Counted from the stretch's first letter, positions 24,639-39,204 are shown. The stretch is DNA of 64,000 nt from Basidiobolus meristosporus CBS 931.73 (GCA_002104905.1 MCFE01000082.1:115214-179213), one strand, 5' to 3'. The notes: a model not told the origin generated them from the letters alone. Numbers and translations: made by a program.

Positions 24639-25917
24639 CAAGTCCTCCTCGTTGGCTATATTTTCTATTCATTTGATGTATGTAGTTTGATATTCAAAAA
24701 ATAGTCTTAGAGATTTAAATAACCTTACAAAATATGAAATGTACATTAATTCGTAGTCGCCGTTTGCTCAGGATTGCATGTGAATTGCCATATTCCTGTT
24801 TTGAGAATAAAAGAATGATTATGAAGCCCATTAAAGTGTTTAATACTGAGCGAAGAGCAATGCTACTTTGGCTTAGGAGCCTGTTCCTCTGACAGGTTGT
24901 TGGCTAGCCATGAAATCGACGGAATCTGCGGTACAATTTTTGATGGGCACACTAACTGATCCATTTGATTGAATCGTTGTGTGTCAAGTGAGGCAATTGT
25001 CATCAAAACTATAGTTATCCGGGGAAGCCGCTGCTTGGGAACCGGGAAAACGCAAAGACAAAACCCCAATCTCCTTAGGATGAGCATGAACCTTGCTTCA
25101 CAACGGATATACAAACGACTGATTAATGATACTTTTATTGTGCTGGGTGATCTAACCTAATACAATGCGAGTCCCCCACCAACATAGAAACATTTTCTAC
25201 CAAACTCCGCAGGCCAGAAAGCCGTTACACTGGCACAACAGGAGCTTGAAGTGTCAGGGGTGCATGCGGCTGAAAAGAGTGATCATTGTTGAAATAAGCT
25301 CATTACGGGATAAGGAACGCTTAGAGTAACAGTCTGAAAACTATCAGCACAAACACCGGAGTAATGTGCTCACCCCAGTAGCTTGAAATATGAGGCTTGA
25401 TTCTCTTTAGTCTTAGAGTTCAGTTGCAAACTTTGTCTTCTCCCCACGTCAATATCTAGTGGTGTCCCAGCAACTCCCGGCACCCAAACACCAGTAACAA
25501 TCTGTGGAGGATAATTGGAGTATCTACATTTGGCGGTTACCCGAAATATCACTTCACAATCGAAAACAAATTGTGATCAATCAATAACAATGCAATAATC
25601 CGAAATCGCGGCGTTTTAACCAATGACCGATAAATTTCTGACAGGTAACAATGGCATTGGCGAAGTGAGGTTATGGCGGATATTGTACTTTATCGTGGGA
25701 ACAATTCCCTACTTTGGGCCCTCTTCAACCAAAAACTACATTTATCTGTACATATTAGATAGGATCTGCAGGCGCCTAGCAAGTCTGGTAAAGAGTTTAG
25801 CCAGTATGGTGTGTTTAGTTTGATGTTTATTACAATGCAAGTGGAAGGAATGATGGCCAACATAGGCTGAATATAAGAGGTGATTATTAAAGTTGGGGAA
25901 TACTGCAAAATTGAAGA

Positions 25918-27135
25918 TTATTTCTCTTCACCGAAGTACCCAAGGGTCTTCTTGCATAATGTTAGGCCCATGTCATCCATCATGAGATTCTTCACGACTT
26001 CTGAGCCTCCAACACCTTCTTCTGTTTCTGCAGCGCCTCGTTCGCGGCCAAGAATCAAGATTAGGTGCTGGTGGAGGCGAGGATATTTCTCTAACTCCAC
26101 ATCTTCATCCGCAGAGGTGATGAGTTTGTGAATGTTTTTCGCGGCGAAGAAGCCTTGATAAATGGCGGCGCCAGCAAGTTTGATTTCTTGGAAATCATTA
26201 ACATCGCCAATGGCAAAGATATGTGGATATGCTGGATCAATCAATTGCATAGATTCACGAACACGGATCAAGAGTGATTTGGTCAATAGGGGTTCATCGG
26301 TTGTTTCGGTAAGGCGCAAAAAGCTGGTGGCGGGCTTGCCATATCCGGTGCAGTTAATGACCGCATTTGCCAGTACCCTGCTGCCCTTCTCAGTGATAAT
26401 CTCATACAGCTTCTTCTCACCCTCCTCGGTTTCGATTTCTTCCTGGGTCTTCACTCTTTCATTGAACATCAACTCCACACCCATAGCTTCGAGCTCTTCA
26501 ACTACTTTGTCACGGAACTCTTGACTAAATGGCCCAACAATAGGGCCAGCACGTGAGTGAATGATCGTCACCTTTTTCTCGGGGAACTCGCACTTGAGAT
26601 CGGCTGCCATCTCGACACCGACAGCACCAGCGCCGATAACAACAACCGAGTCGGTGTCATGAATGGTGCTAGCGTTGTATGCCTTAATTTCGTGAACAAA
26701 TTTTTCCTTGGAGGTAGCTTTTGGCCAGATGGGTGGGTTACGGTGAAGGCCAGTACCAATGATCAAATAGTCAAAAGAAAACTCCGTGTCGTTGTCCAGC
26801 ACCAAATAGTTCTTGTGAACCGACACCACCTCAGCCTGTACGAATTCAATTACCTCGGACTTCGCCCAAGCGAATTCTTTATAATCAACCCAAAGGTCCT
26901 CGCCAAATGCTGGGCAAGCGAGTCCACGAGTCATTCCGATAGCATGAACGAAGCCATCACGTTTGTCAAACAGAGTAACCTTGATTTGATGCTCCTCTTC
27001 ATCGGCAAACAAAGTGCATAAGTTCTTGGCTACGGAAAGTCCAGCGTAGTTGGCCCCAACAATGGCTATACGGGTAACGACCGATGAAGATAACATTGTG
27101 AAATAGGTAAAGAAACAATTTTCACTGAAGAACAC
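25918..27135 (-). CDS. AIF/AMID (AIFM2/FSP1-like) FAD-dependent NAD(P)H oxidoreductase
   Basis: IAIVGANYAG (FAD site), VVVIGAGAVGVEMAADL (NAD site), IFAIGDV; intronless. Likely start is MLSSS at ~27096. Confidence 0.88.
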   Translation of the reverse strand: MFFSENCFFTYFTMLSSSVVTRIAIVGANYAGLSVAKNLCTLFADEEEHQIKVTLFDKRDGFVHAIGMTRGLACPAFGEDLWVDYKEFAWAKSEVIEFVQAEVVSVHKNYLVLDNDTEFSFDYLIIGTGLHRNPPIWPKATSKEKFVHEIKAYNASTIHDTDSVVVIGAGAVGVEMAADLKCEFPEKKVTIIHSRAGPIVGPFSQEFRDKVVEELEAMGVELMFNERVKTQEEIETEEGEKKLYEIITEKGSRVLANAVINCTGYGKPATSFLRLTETTDEPLLTKSLLIRVRESMQLIDPAYPHIFAIGDVNDFQEIKLAGAAIYQGFFAAKNIHKLITSADEDVELEKYPRLHQHLILILGRERGAAETEEGVGGSEVVKNLMMDDMGLTLCKKTLGYFGEEK

Positions 27136-28564
27136 TATATATTCGGAATTAACTTATCAGATGCCCATTCCAGGGGTGGCCGGGATGCCATGCATGGAAA
27201 ATTGTTTCCATATATGGAGATTAACTTCCGCTATAGCCATTCTAGGATGCTTGAGGCGGCAACACTATCTGATGGGATTTCTATGGTGCAATAGACGTTT
27301 GGTATCTGATCATAGATATCATTCGTGGATCACGGGGCCGGAAGATATCTGATGGTCGGAACCCTTTGTGCAACAGAGAAGCACTACAATGATTTGTATA
27401 CCAACCAAGGTCAGGATTGGTGTACTTGGTGGCAAATTGAACTCGCATTCCAAATAGAATACCAACACGAAAAGCAGTGTGACATAAGTTCGCAATGACA
27501 ACGTGCGCTCCATTGAAATGCGGTCGTTCCACCTTCTTATGCTGAAACATTAAACCAAGCTGTACTCATCATTTGGAGGGCTAAACTGATCTACATCCCA
27601 ATATTTCATCCACCACAGATTCGATCTGCTGGGGCAGGTGCTGATTAGTGAATTACTGTATATCATCAACATGGGATATGAGATTCAACCATATGTTCTT
27701 CAGATTGAATTCGTATCTATATCATTTTTCGTATAAATGAGTATTGATTTACCAAAGTGGATCCAAAAAACCCGAGGTCGAAGCTTCAAAAGCAAGAGCA
27801 TCTTGAGCCAACTCCTTTTAATGCATAAGCTAATCACAAAGATCCATTACTGGTTGGGGTTTGAAAATTCGTTTGTGTATTTTTGGGGTAAATTGTCAGC
27901 ATCGAAATCATTAACTCCATTCTGCTTATCACTGCTGGGTGGTGAAATCTTGTGATTTTGCTATCATCGGCTTCAAGAATTTTGGAGTTTCTCGTAAGTG
28001 GATGCTAACCAGTGGCATGAGATGAATGGTAGTTGATAAGGATATTTGTTTAAAGCTGAGAACCTCAAACCTATTTGAGCGTATTATTTCAGGTTTAGTT
28101 TTCGATTCAAATCTATCATGACCATCGCTTTGGATACCAGGCATGCTGATATCCGTAATGTTTCGTAGATTCGAAATACAACCAATCGAATATTGCCAAG
28201 AAAATCATCTAGCATTATTGAATCTCGATATGCAATTATAATACGTAGCATATTGCAGCATTGGAGTTGGATGTATGATATATGCCGTAATAGACAAACG
28301 AGGAAGGTCATATAGTACTTGCATATTCATTTCTCAAGCACTTAGTTTCACAATGCACACATTGGTATCAGCAGACAAAAGTTAGAGGGATGAAGATATT
28401 ATAAGCAGAGCTGGAAATATGGAGTGTTCTGTTGATACTTCGATATTCACCAGCTTATTGAAGAACAGTAAAGCTCTATACTTTTGTTGTAGGGATTGGT
28501 AAGCAAAATATATAAATATCATGGAAAACGTAGGCAAATCGAGTGTTTCTACAGCTCTTGGATG

Positions 28565-29480
28565 TTGTAAATTTCGTATTTACACCTAAATATTCACCTA
28601 ACTTTTATCATTGTCTACAAGCCTTAGAGAATTCTGGCCAAATTCCTTGTCGGCATTTACTTGGAATATTTTCACCAAAATATCAGGTACCCAGATCATG
28701 CAAAATCGGTAAGTTGTCCAAACAGCCCCAAACTTTACACACATGTTCTTGGGACCTTCCTAAACATATTCTACATATTTGCTTTGCCAAGACCATGTAA
28801 AAGTATAAATACTACTTTTGCATTCAACAATCATTACGTGAAAACCACATAATCTACTCATTCTCCCAGTCACTTCCAATATCACCAAAACTCATACAGC
28901 ATTGGATACTGGTAAAATATATTTCAAAGATATGGGCCAAGTGTGAAATAACAGTGGGTGATTCATCAGTATTTTAACCATTGTTTGTATCTTGGATCTT
29001 CCACAAAGTAATACAACAGGAGGCTTTGCAGAAAATTTCAAAATTTTGGACACTGTCTTTTCCTGCAGTGAGCAAACATGCTATCTCTACCCACTTGATC
29101 CCTCTTGAGCTTAGCATATTTTCAAAGGCTTGATATGATGTTTGTGTTGTAAGAGCTTTCGAGACATTGAAAGTGATTGGGAGAACAAGTAGATTATGTG
29201 GTTTTCACCTGATAATTTTATGGCTGTAAAAGTAGTATTTATACTTTTACCTGGCCTTGGCAGAAAAATCACGTAGAATATGCTGAGGAAGGTTCCAAGA
29301 ACATGTGTAAATTTTGGGGGTCTTTGGACAACTTTGAGATTTTTCATGACCTAGGTACCAGATATTTTGGTGAAAATATTCCAAGTAAATGCCGACAAGG
29401 AATTTGGCCAGAATTCTCTAAGGTTTGTAGACAATGATCTAAGTTTGGTGAATATTTAGGGGTAATTACGAAATATACAA
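28565..29480. mobile_element. Non-autonomous long-inverted-repeat (foldback/MITE-like) element
   Basis: ~335-bp arms at 28565-28900 and 29145-29480 are diverged reverse complements (e.g. ttagagaattctggccaaattccttgtcggcatttacttggaatattttcaccaaaatatc and its exact inverse). Mirror ORFs 28661-28852(+) and 29111-29347(-) share THVLGTFL and PRP-x-KSINTTF. No TSD recognised. Confidence 0.7.
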
Positions 29481-29649
29481 TTTGTACTATATCAAGCAAA
29501 CACTTTCATCTAGAATAATAACTTTGTCAATATGCAACCTTTGTGTGTACACTTTTATATTCACACCAGCCCTGTCACTTAAATTCCATTGGATGCACTT
29601 TGTTATTTCCTGACCAAACTCTCTGCGAAGATTTGCTTAGAAAATTTTT

Positions 29650-29750
29650 GTTCAAGATGTCAGGTATCTAGATGATGGTGATGTCTCAAAAATATCCAAA
29701 ACACTCCAAACTTTGTATATGTGTTCTTGAAGCTTTCTGGGGATGTAATA
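29650..29750 (+). repeat. Degenerate third copy of part of the inverted-repeat arm
   Basis: caagatgtcaggtatctagatg...ctccaaactttgtatatgtgttcttgaagctttct resembles left-arm aaaatatcaggtacccagatc...ccccaaactttacacacatgttcttgggaccttcct. Confidence 0.5.
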
Positions 29751-30732
29751 AATGTGTCTTCTGTCAAGTCCTAAGCACCACCTTCATATTCAACAAAGCT
29801 GAGAACCACATAGTCTACTAGTTCCCCCAACCACTTTCGGTATTCCTAAATTCTTCACAACTAATATCACTATGGTATTGTGAATATACTGAAGCAATGA
29901 AGTGGAGTGTTTTATAGGTAGTGTGTTTATTAAGCAGAAAAAGGTATTTGCAAGAAGCTGAATGCAAGTATATGATATAAAGTTGGGGAGGAGTTTTAGG
30001 ACGATTTTGAATGCCATCATTAATTTCAGTATTTCTGCAACTTTATAGGGTTTGAGATTGTTTTCGCACGATAATAGAAGCAGTGATCGAGTTATTCATG
30101 GATATGGAAAAGGAAGACAATATGATAATGGTAATCAGCTAATGGCCCTAACGAAGTGATAACAACCGCATGTCACTCAAAGGCAGCTGTGAGGAGGTTA
30201 ATTTCGTAGTAATCAACAGAGCATACTTCAATACCGAGTCTTTGAAGCACTTCTTCGAAAGATCTTAACTCTAAAGAAAGCAGGGGGCAATGACCCGTAT
30301 ATTCACAAATGTGACTTTACACTGCCTTCCTCACAGAGAACTAGGACTCTAGGTTAAATTCGGGATAAAATAGGCATTCGATACTTGTAGCACTATCAAA
30401 TGACTGAATCTTGCCTAAAAATATCTAAATAAAGTTGCCCAGCCCAAAATAAGGTCGACAATAGAGCATCACAGCCTTGAGTAATATCTCACTATCAAGT
30501 GAAATCTATATGCCTGATTCTTGAATTTGGATGGCCAAAATTCCAAAGGGAAGACACCAATTCTTACATTATCAAGCAGTTTGCTAATAGATGTGGCGCA
30601 AGCATTCTATCCCGAACAGTCCTGGGGTTTCTTAGAACGAATTGTTTCAAGCCAATGAAATCCTGTTAATCTATATTATTTTGGAACGTATACTGATTTT
30701 ATTGAAGGGTATATACAAATGAATTCATCAGT

Positions 30733-31251
30733 CTAGTTCTGCTCCTTAAGGAGGTTTTGATCCCACAAGTATAGGCCAAGACCCTCACCACCCACACGGT
30801 TCAATTGCGTAAGCATGTCAGAAATTTTCTTAATGGCCTCAACTTGTTCAGTGAGGTAGTGTCCTTCCAAGAAATCACACAACTGTGGGTCACCTTGCTC
30901 GGCAGAAATGTTGTGGAGGTTTAACAAGGACTTGTTGACATCCTTTTCCAATTGAAGTGTGGCTTCAATAGCATTCTTGGCAGATTCCCACTCAACACTA
31001 GGTGCAGGAATAGGTTGGAATGAAACACGGCCTCCACGTTGGTTGACATATTCAATCAACTTCTGTGCATGTTCGTATTCTTCTTGAGCGCTAGCACGGA
31101 AGAACTTGGCCAGTCCAGGAAGAGCAATGTTGTCACGACCGAAGTAAGCGGCGAGGGAGGTGTAGGTGTATGAGGCGGTCAACTCCATGTTGATCTGGTT
31201 GTTGATACCTTCCTCGGAGGCAATGGCGAAGTTTTGTTTAGCGAGAGACAT
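30733..31251 (-). CDS. Ferritin, H-type (ferroxidase centre intact)
   Basis: QINMELTASYTY, QEEYEH, LQLEK, LCDFLE, TEQV; all canonical ferroxidase residues present; intronless, 172 aa. Confidence 0.96.
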   Translation of the reverse strand: MSLAKQNFAIASEEGINNQINMELTASYTYTSLAAYFGRDNIALPGLAKFFRASAQEEYEHAQKLIEYVNQRGGRVSFQPIPAPSVEWESAKNAIEATLQLEKDVNKSLLNLHNISAEQGDPQLCDFLEGHYLTEQVEAIKKISDMLTQLNRVGGEGLGLYLWDQNLLKEQN

Positions 31252-31293
31252 ATTGGAAAGTGGGTTTGAGATGAGAGTGAATCAGACACTCCA

Positions 31294-31301
31294 TTTTTAT
31301 A
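31294..31301 (-). promoter_or_regulatory. Putative TATA box of ferritin gene
   Basis: TATAAAAA on the minus strand, 43-50 nt upstream of the ferritin ATG. Confidence 0.5.
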
Positions 31302-32768
31302 TCTATCCGTAAGCCATCACTTGACTGCGACATTAGTAATATACTCTAGTAACTGGCATATTGAAAGAATTTTCATGCCCATATATGGTAGATCAGTAGA
31401 TATGAACAAAAATTTTGTTTGAAGCTGGAAACAAAAATAGAGATAATCAATGCCGTACTTTGGTGAATTGGGCAATAGTGCGGGGCACCACACACTAAGT
31501 GTACCCTGTTTAACGACCAATGATGCCCAATTGATTCATTGTTCTTCAGATGTTGACCTTTAAAAGGCAGATCACTAGATAAGAGTCCTTATTGTCCCAC
31601 ATCACCATGAATGAGAGTAACATAGGAAAACCCCGGAATGTATTTGTGTGGGGCTCCATATGGCAGTTGGAAAATGTAAACGTCATCGATTCAGTATGTA
31701 TGTTAAGTAGAAAGTCTTGGAATATGTAATTTGGCCCCAAGGTTTGTTGCTCACACTCAGTGGTATTCTGTTGCATAATGATAACTCTAAAATGGCATGC
31801 TATTCACGTGATATACCAGATTCAAAGAGTCTACACCTGCTATTAATTCAGAGAATGTGATTGATGACTTGCTATTCATGCAGTATGTGACAGTAAATTC
31901 TTCACAATAGAGGCCCTGGAAATGACTGATTATTAATGAGCATGAAGGATATCGTTGAAATTTGAACTCAAGAAATAGGTTTAGGGAGTATTGAGGTATT
32001 TTCAGGTGGCTTATGTATCACAGGGCTAGGGTTGGTGTGGTTGATCATTTGAAAAAGCGGTGTCAGATCCCTAGAACAATTTTGAGCATCGGCTAAAAGA
32101 GATGGCTTATATTAAAAAGCATGATAGATTTGTTTCAAAGTTTTCATTAAACGTCAGCTTAAAAGGGGTAATGGAGGGGTCTGAGAGTTCACGAAGTGAC
32201 TGCTTTGAGATTGTGGGATTTGGCTTTTCACGATGTCATATTTCTAGCTTTTCTGGTGCGGGGAAACCAAAACAAACAAAACCAACCAAGCAAACGAGTG
32301 TGAACACGATATATAAGCGGTTGCATCAAGATTGAGATAATTCATAGGACTTTTCATAAAAATCCTGACAGGGCTAGGTCGTTCTGTGGGACGACTTGAA
32401 GGATTCCACCTCTATCAAACCAGATAACACAGCAAACGTTCAGCAAAAGTAGTGAGATTGCTGATATAACAAGTTTAATGGTTAAGGGATGTTCAACGTG
32501 GTTGTGAGAGAGATTCGTGCATCCAGTGGCTCCTTGGCTTCCACCCACAATTAGCAAAATTTTTACCTAAAGAAAGTGGGAACCTGTTATCAAAACTAGT
32601 TGCTAAACTTTGGCGCTTGGCTTGATTGGCTTGATACCAATACCCAATCATACAAGCAAAGTGCTAGCAGAGGCGATACACTCATTCTCATGATGGTTTC
32701 AGCAAGTCCGTTGCCATATAAAGACTTCCTATTCAACCATCCCGTTCCTATCGTTTTCTTTAAGCATT

Positions 32769-33305
32769 ATGAATTTCCTCACCAACACTATACTTGCATA
32801 CAAAAAAATACGTAATAATTCCCAGAACTACGTAGAGGTGAAGCCCTCTACAGAAATCACTTGCCCGTTTGGAGATCAAGATGATTCACCCGACTCTACG
32901 AACCAGGAGAAAACCATTCTTGACATATTGGGAGAGGAGCGAGTGGAGAGGATTGTCGAAAGGTTCTATCATTATAACCTTACTGACAGGAATACGAAGG
33001 TTTTTTTCCAGGGAATCAATGTGGAGCGTTTACAGAGGATGCAAACAAGATTCCTTATCCATCTGTTAGGGGGGAAAGCTATTAACACACGGAAGATGAG
33101 AGCTGCACACAAGCGTTTGCTGGATCTTAATGATCGACACTTTGATGCGGTTTTGAGCAATCTAAGGAAAGCTGTACGAGATATGGGTATAAGCAGGGAG
33201 TTAGCAAAGAGAATAATGGCTGCTGCAGAGACCACCCGAGATGATGTTCTGGGTAGAACACCGCTACCCAAGCGACAGCCGTCTGATATCACTGATTTTG
33301 ACTAA
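32769..33305 (+). CDS. Group I truncated (2/2) haemoglobin (trHbN/GlbN-like) with N-terminal extension
   Basis: TILDILGEERVERIVERFY (B10 Tyr), FF (CD1), LLGG motif, MRAAH (F8 His), HFDAV, TRDDVLG; intronless. Confidence 0.88.
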   Translation: MNFLTNTILAYKKIRNNSQNYVEVKPSTEITCPFGDQDDSPDSTNQEKTILDILGEERVERIVERFYHYNLTDRNTKVFFQGINVERLQRMQTRFLIHLLGGKAINTRKMRAAHKRLLDLNDRHFDAVLSNLRKAVRDMGISRELAKRIMAAAETTRDDVLGRTPLPKRQPSDITDFD

Positions 33306-34198
33306 AGCCGAAGTTGAGTCTGCTTATTTTGGCACTGGTGCTGCCATAGATAGAGCTTGTATAAGATTCACAGACTGCCCTGCAACTAGTCCACCCAACC
33401 ACTCTGATACATTGTAAGAATCCTCTCAATTGATCCTTATGGCTATCTTATGTAGGCTTCCCAGTATTTATAGCATATTGGCAAACCTTATACCATTTTG
33501 ACACTTGATACGCTTTTTCTAATTGCTTGATAACAGTGCGTAATCATTCACTGAAGTAAATATTAACATAATCTTGATTTGTATCTTAATACCAGTATTT
33601 TGAAGTGGAGAGTGAATGCTGATTGACACAGCCTTGGGTAATATGTGGTACTGTGCCATGACCCTCCACCTCACTCGAGTTAGTTATACCTCCCGTACCC
33701 TATTCCATTTAATTGTACAGTGTAGGAGCAAGTGATACAAACATATCATTAAAGAGTCTAACTAAATTTGGCAAAGTACTTCTTACATCTCAGACATGCC
33801 AATGAAGCTGAACGGTGACAATCGGTGAGCTCTTCCATTTCCAATATATACCCTTCTAACCAACAGCCTTTTATTGAAGTCGAGTATTTCTAATGCGCCC
33901 ATTCTATTGGAACAGTGGGAGACAAACTTTAAAACAAGCGATCAGGGCGATGCCCGAAGGAAATCAGCTAACGTTAACAACTGTTCATGCTCAAGAAAAT
34001 CTATCTACAAAATTGAAAGATTAAACCAACATGTGCTTGGTAATAAGTCGACCAAGGGGTCATGATGAAAACAAATGCATACTTCAAAGTATAAAGAGAG
34101 GGGGAGGGCAACTTTGAGCGCTAAATCAAAACCATTCAAAATGTTGTGTTCATTAGGCTAGTCGTGATGATTTCTGTACTTTGATGGGCATTAAAAGC

Positions 34199-35359
34199 TC
34201 AAATATCTCGGTGTCTTTTAGCTACAGGTGAGTAGCATTCACCGTCTCCAGAATTGTAAAGTAGATCTGGCGAAGAATTGGTCGATGAGGCGCTTGGGTT
34301 TGTTGAGGAATGCAGCCACGCATCCTCCTCAAGTAGCCATTTGAAATCAAACCCGGTGGTGTCTGGCATCGTGACTGGTGGCAGAGGGCTATACTCCTCT
34401 CCAATGATGCTGGAAAACTCATTGACTGGCAGGATTTCGGTGCCAAACCCCTTCCTCTGAGAGTTGGGCGGAGGTGAGCTGTTGGCAGCGCTACCACCTT
34501 CGTAGTTTGGATAGTAAGACGTGGATTTACTCAATGCAGGTATAGAGAAATAAGGATTCATGAGGCTGAGGTGGGAAGCAGGAGAAATAAAGTATGGCTT
34601 CATTGTCGAGTTGCCCATGTGCTCTATCATCTCGCCGCACTGCCTTTTCAATGGAGACCCCTCGGCAGCATCGATCTCCGACGACGGAGATTGCTTACGT
34701 TTGCTCTTACTACGGTTGGGACTGTATTTGTAGTCGGGGTATTTTTGCTGGTGGTCAAGCTTGATCTTTTCAGCCATCCACTGATATTTTCGTTTCTCTT
34801 CTACCGAGATATTCTTCCACATTTTCCCAATTATCCGAGACACTTCCATGTTGGTGATACCAGCATTGGAGGCAAAGATCTCGGATTGTTTGTCACGGCG
34901 AAATAGGAAAAAGCAGTTGGCAGGCCGTGGGATTTTCGCCTTCTTTGGTTCAGAAGCGGCCTCCTCGGTTTCTTGCTGTTCGGAATGAACAGAGGAAGTG
35001 TCGAAATTGGTATCTGATCCAGGAGGCACAAATTGTTGCATAGGTGGAGTGGTCATCATGCTGGGATAAAATGAGTCATGGGGATGGCCCGGCTGTTGGT
35101 AATAAACATCTTGTACTGAATATGGGCTCTGATACATGGCATAAGGGATATTCTCAGGCAAAGAGGAATGGTAGGAGTGAGACTGGGCTGTGTAAGTCCG
35201 AGATGTAGAATAAGCCATGTTATTGGGGGAGTAGTCATCGACCGGGTATACTTGCTGAGTCTTCATGAGCTGTCTGTATTGTGATATGAGAGGGTGTTTG
35301 GAGGTATATATAGGTGGGTAGGTTTTGATGAAGTGCAATTCAAGTGAAAGGATGTTCAC
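34199..35359 (-). CDS. MATA-type HMG-box transcription factor (HMG-1, central HMG box)
   Basis: KIPRPANCFFLFRRDKQSEIFASNAGITNMEVSRIIGKMWKNISVEEKRKYQWMAEKIKLDHQQKYPDYKYSP; intronless. Real start may be MKTQQ at 35266; TATA-like sequence at ~35381. Confidence 0.92.
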   Translation of the reverse strand: MNILSLELHFIKTYPPIYTSKHPLISQYRQLMKTQQVYPVDDYSPNNMAYSTSRTYTAQSHSYHSSLPENIPYAMYQSPYSVQDVYYQQPGHPHDSFYPSMMTTPPMQQFVPPGSDTNFDTSSVHSEQQETEEAASEPKKAKIPRPANCFFLFRRDKQSEIFASNAGITNMEVSRIIGKMWKNISVEEKRKYQWMAEKIKLDHQQKYPDYKYSPNRSKSKRKQSPSSEIDAAEGSPLKRQCGEMIEHMGNSTMKPYFISPASHLSLMNPYFSIPALSKSTSYYPNYEGGSAANSSPPPNSQRKGFGTEILPVNEFSSIIGEEYSPLPPVTMPDTTGFDFKWLLEEDAWLHSSTNPSASSTNSSPDLLYNSGDGECYSPVAKRHRDI

Positions 35360-36882
35360 TCGAAGTTGGCCGGGTTTAGCTTTTATAAAGTCTCTCCTTG
35401 TAGTGTCCGATCGGAGAATTGATCTCAGCGATTCTTACTGATGAATTTTCGTGTTTGTAGACAGATCTCTACACTAAGAGGTGGCAGCATACCTTCGGAA
35501 AAGCTACAGTCGAGCGCTCTTTACTTACTGCCTGAAATCAGTTTAATCCCCGATGCTGTAGGTCGCTTAGACCGGCCAGGCCTGCCTGCATCGGATTTGC
35601 GAGTGGTTTAGCTGGGATTTCGTGCGCTGAGCCACCCAATGAATGGATGTGGAAATCACGGCGATTGTGAAATATGTGATTCCAGAGGTGATCGGAGAGA
35701 TCAGAACTCCGACTGTGCTTATCCAGTTCAAATCCACAATCATACACGACTGCTTGTCCACAATGGCAGATTTATGGTCAAGTACTTGATTAGAATAGCC
35801 AGTCAATTAACCACGTTGATGGGCATTTGCAATCGACCAATTTTAACATTCATTGTTGCAGTTTCGCCACAGCAGCACGGCTCAATTCTCGCTCTTGTGA
35901 CAGTGTAACCGACTAGCCACCCGCCAAACATCGAAACTATTCGGCTCGGATAAATACTCCACAAAGATACCTATTCATTTACCCACGTTACTTTTCATTC
36001 CGACACCATTGATTACTCAATCGCATGAATCCGCAACATTTAGGGAGGCTATCAGTCGACAACATTGACTCGGCAACTTTGAAACCTATTACGTAGCTTG
36101 TGTCGAATTCTATGTGTTGGGGGTACTACTCAATTGAGATCCGAAATTGCCATTGCCACCCTATCATCGCATTCTTTGTAGCCGGACACATTGAACAGAC
36201 CGTAATTGGGTTTCTGTCGGGCACAAATACGTGAGATCCTGACGACAAGCATTGTGGGCCATTCAGCTCTATCAAGTGCCAGTCAGAGACCCATGCAACG
36301 GCCAAAGGTCGGGTCGCCATTGCTAAGGATCGTTTCTTATCTCATCAGCAGCATTATGCGAGGTTCGCTATTTCATCATCAGGTCACTACTTGATATGAC
36401 ATATCGACATGTGCAATGAATCTAGCTTTGGAAATTCCCCCGGTGAGTGGGTGTGTATTCATTTGATCCGCTAAATAGCAATTTCAATTTGAAACCATGT
36501 CCCTCGTTGACAGATGGGATTTAGTGTTAGCGTACCTCTTGATGTTGCCAAAAAGCAAGTTTCACACGGATTTGGAGTCAGGTTTACACAAGTGGTCCTT
36601 TCGAAATAGCCTATCAAGTGATGAAATGAAAAATCATCGTTTGATGCAATATTGTATTTGGCATATAGCATATAACGAATAAGAGCTTGTGACAGCTTTC
36701 TGGTCCAATCTCCTATTTCTGTAGAATACGGGTTATTGTATATTATATTGCCATATTATTCTAACCTCCAGGCTATTCTGAGTGAAAGGCGAGCTATAAA
36801 TATCATTGCTGGAAGATTACTCTTCTCTGCTTATTACCTCACAAGCTTTCCTGTCTCCTCTCTGTAACGTTTCTATTTCAGA

Positions 36883-38859
<1,977 letters not shown>

Positions 38860-39204
38860 TTGCTCCTCATGCTTAAACATTTGTCATGTCTGTATTGCAT
38901 CCATCATTGACCATCCACCTCCCCGAGTCATGTGATCTCACACATCCATTCACATTTGTCAGTCAACTACCCATAATAAACCGAATACACAACAACTTCT
39001 CAAGCTCGTCATCATTCTGGATCACCGATCATGGGAGAGGTGCATGTGGACGTTTCGCTTTAAAGCATCACTTTATTACAAATGAACTAAAGAAAACAAG
39101 TTATGAACCTAATGTCATCAATGATAGTTTACGTGAAAAGAGGAAGATGATGGTGATTGTGCTGTGGCGGTGGTGGTGGTGGGGTTGCAAGTGGTCTTAG
39201 TGGA

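Noticed and set aside
31252-31295. Hairpin gagtg-tctgatt-cactc upstream of ferritin as an iron-responsive element
   Set aside because: Lacks the CAGUGN loop and C-bulge, and begins immediately after the TATA box, so it is probably not within the transcript.
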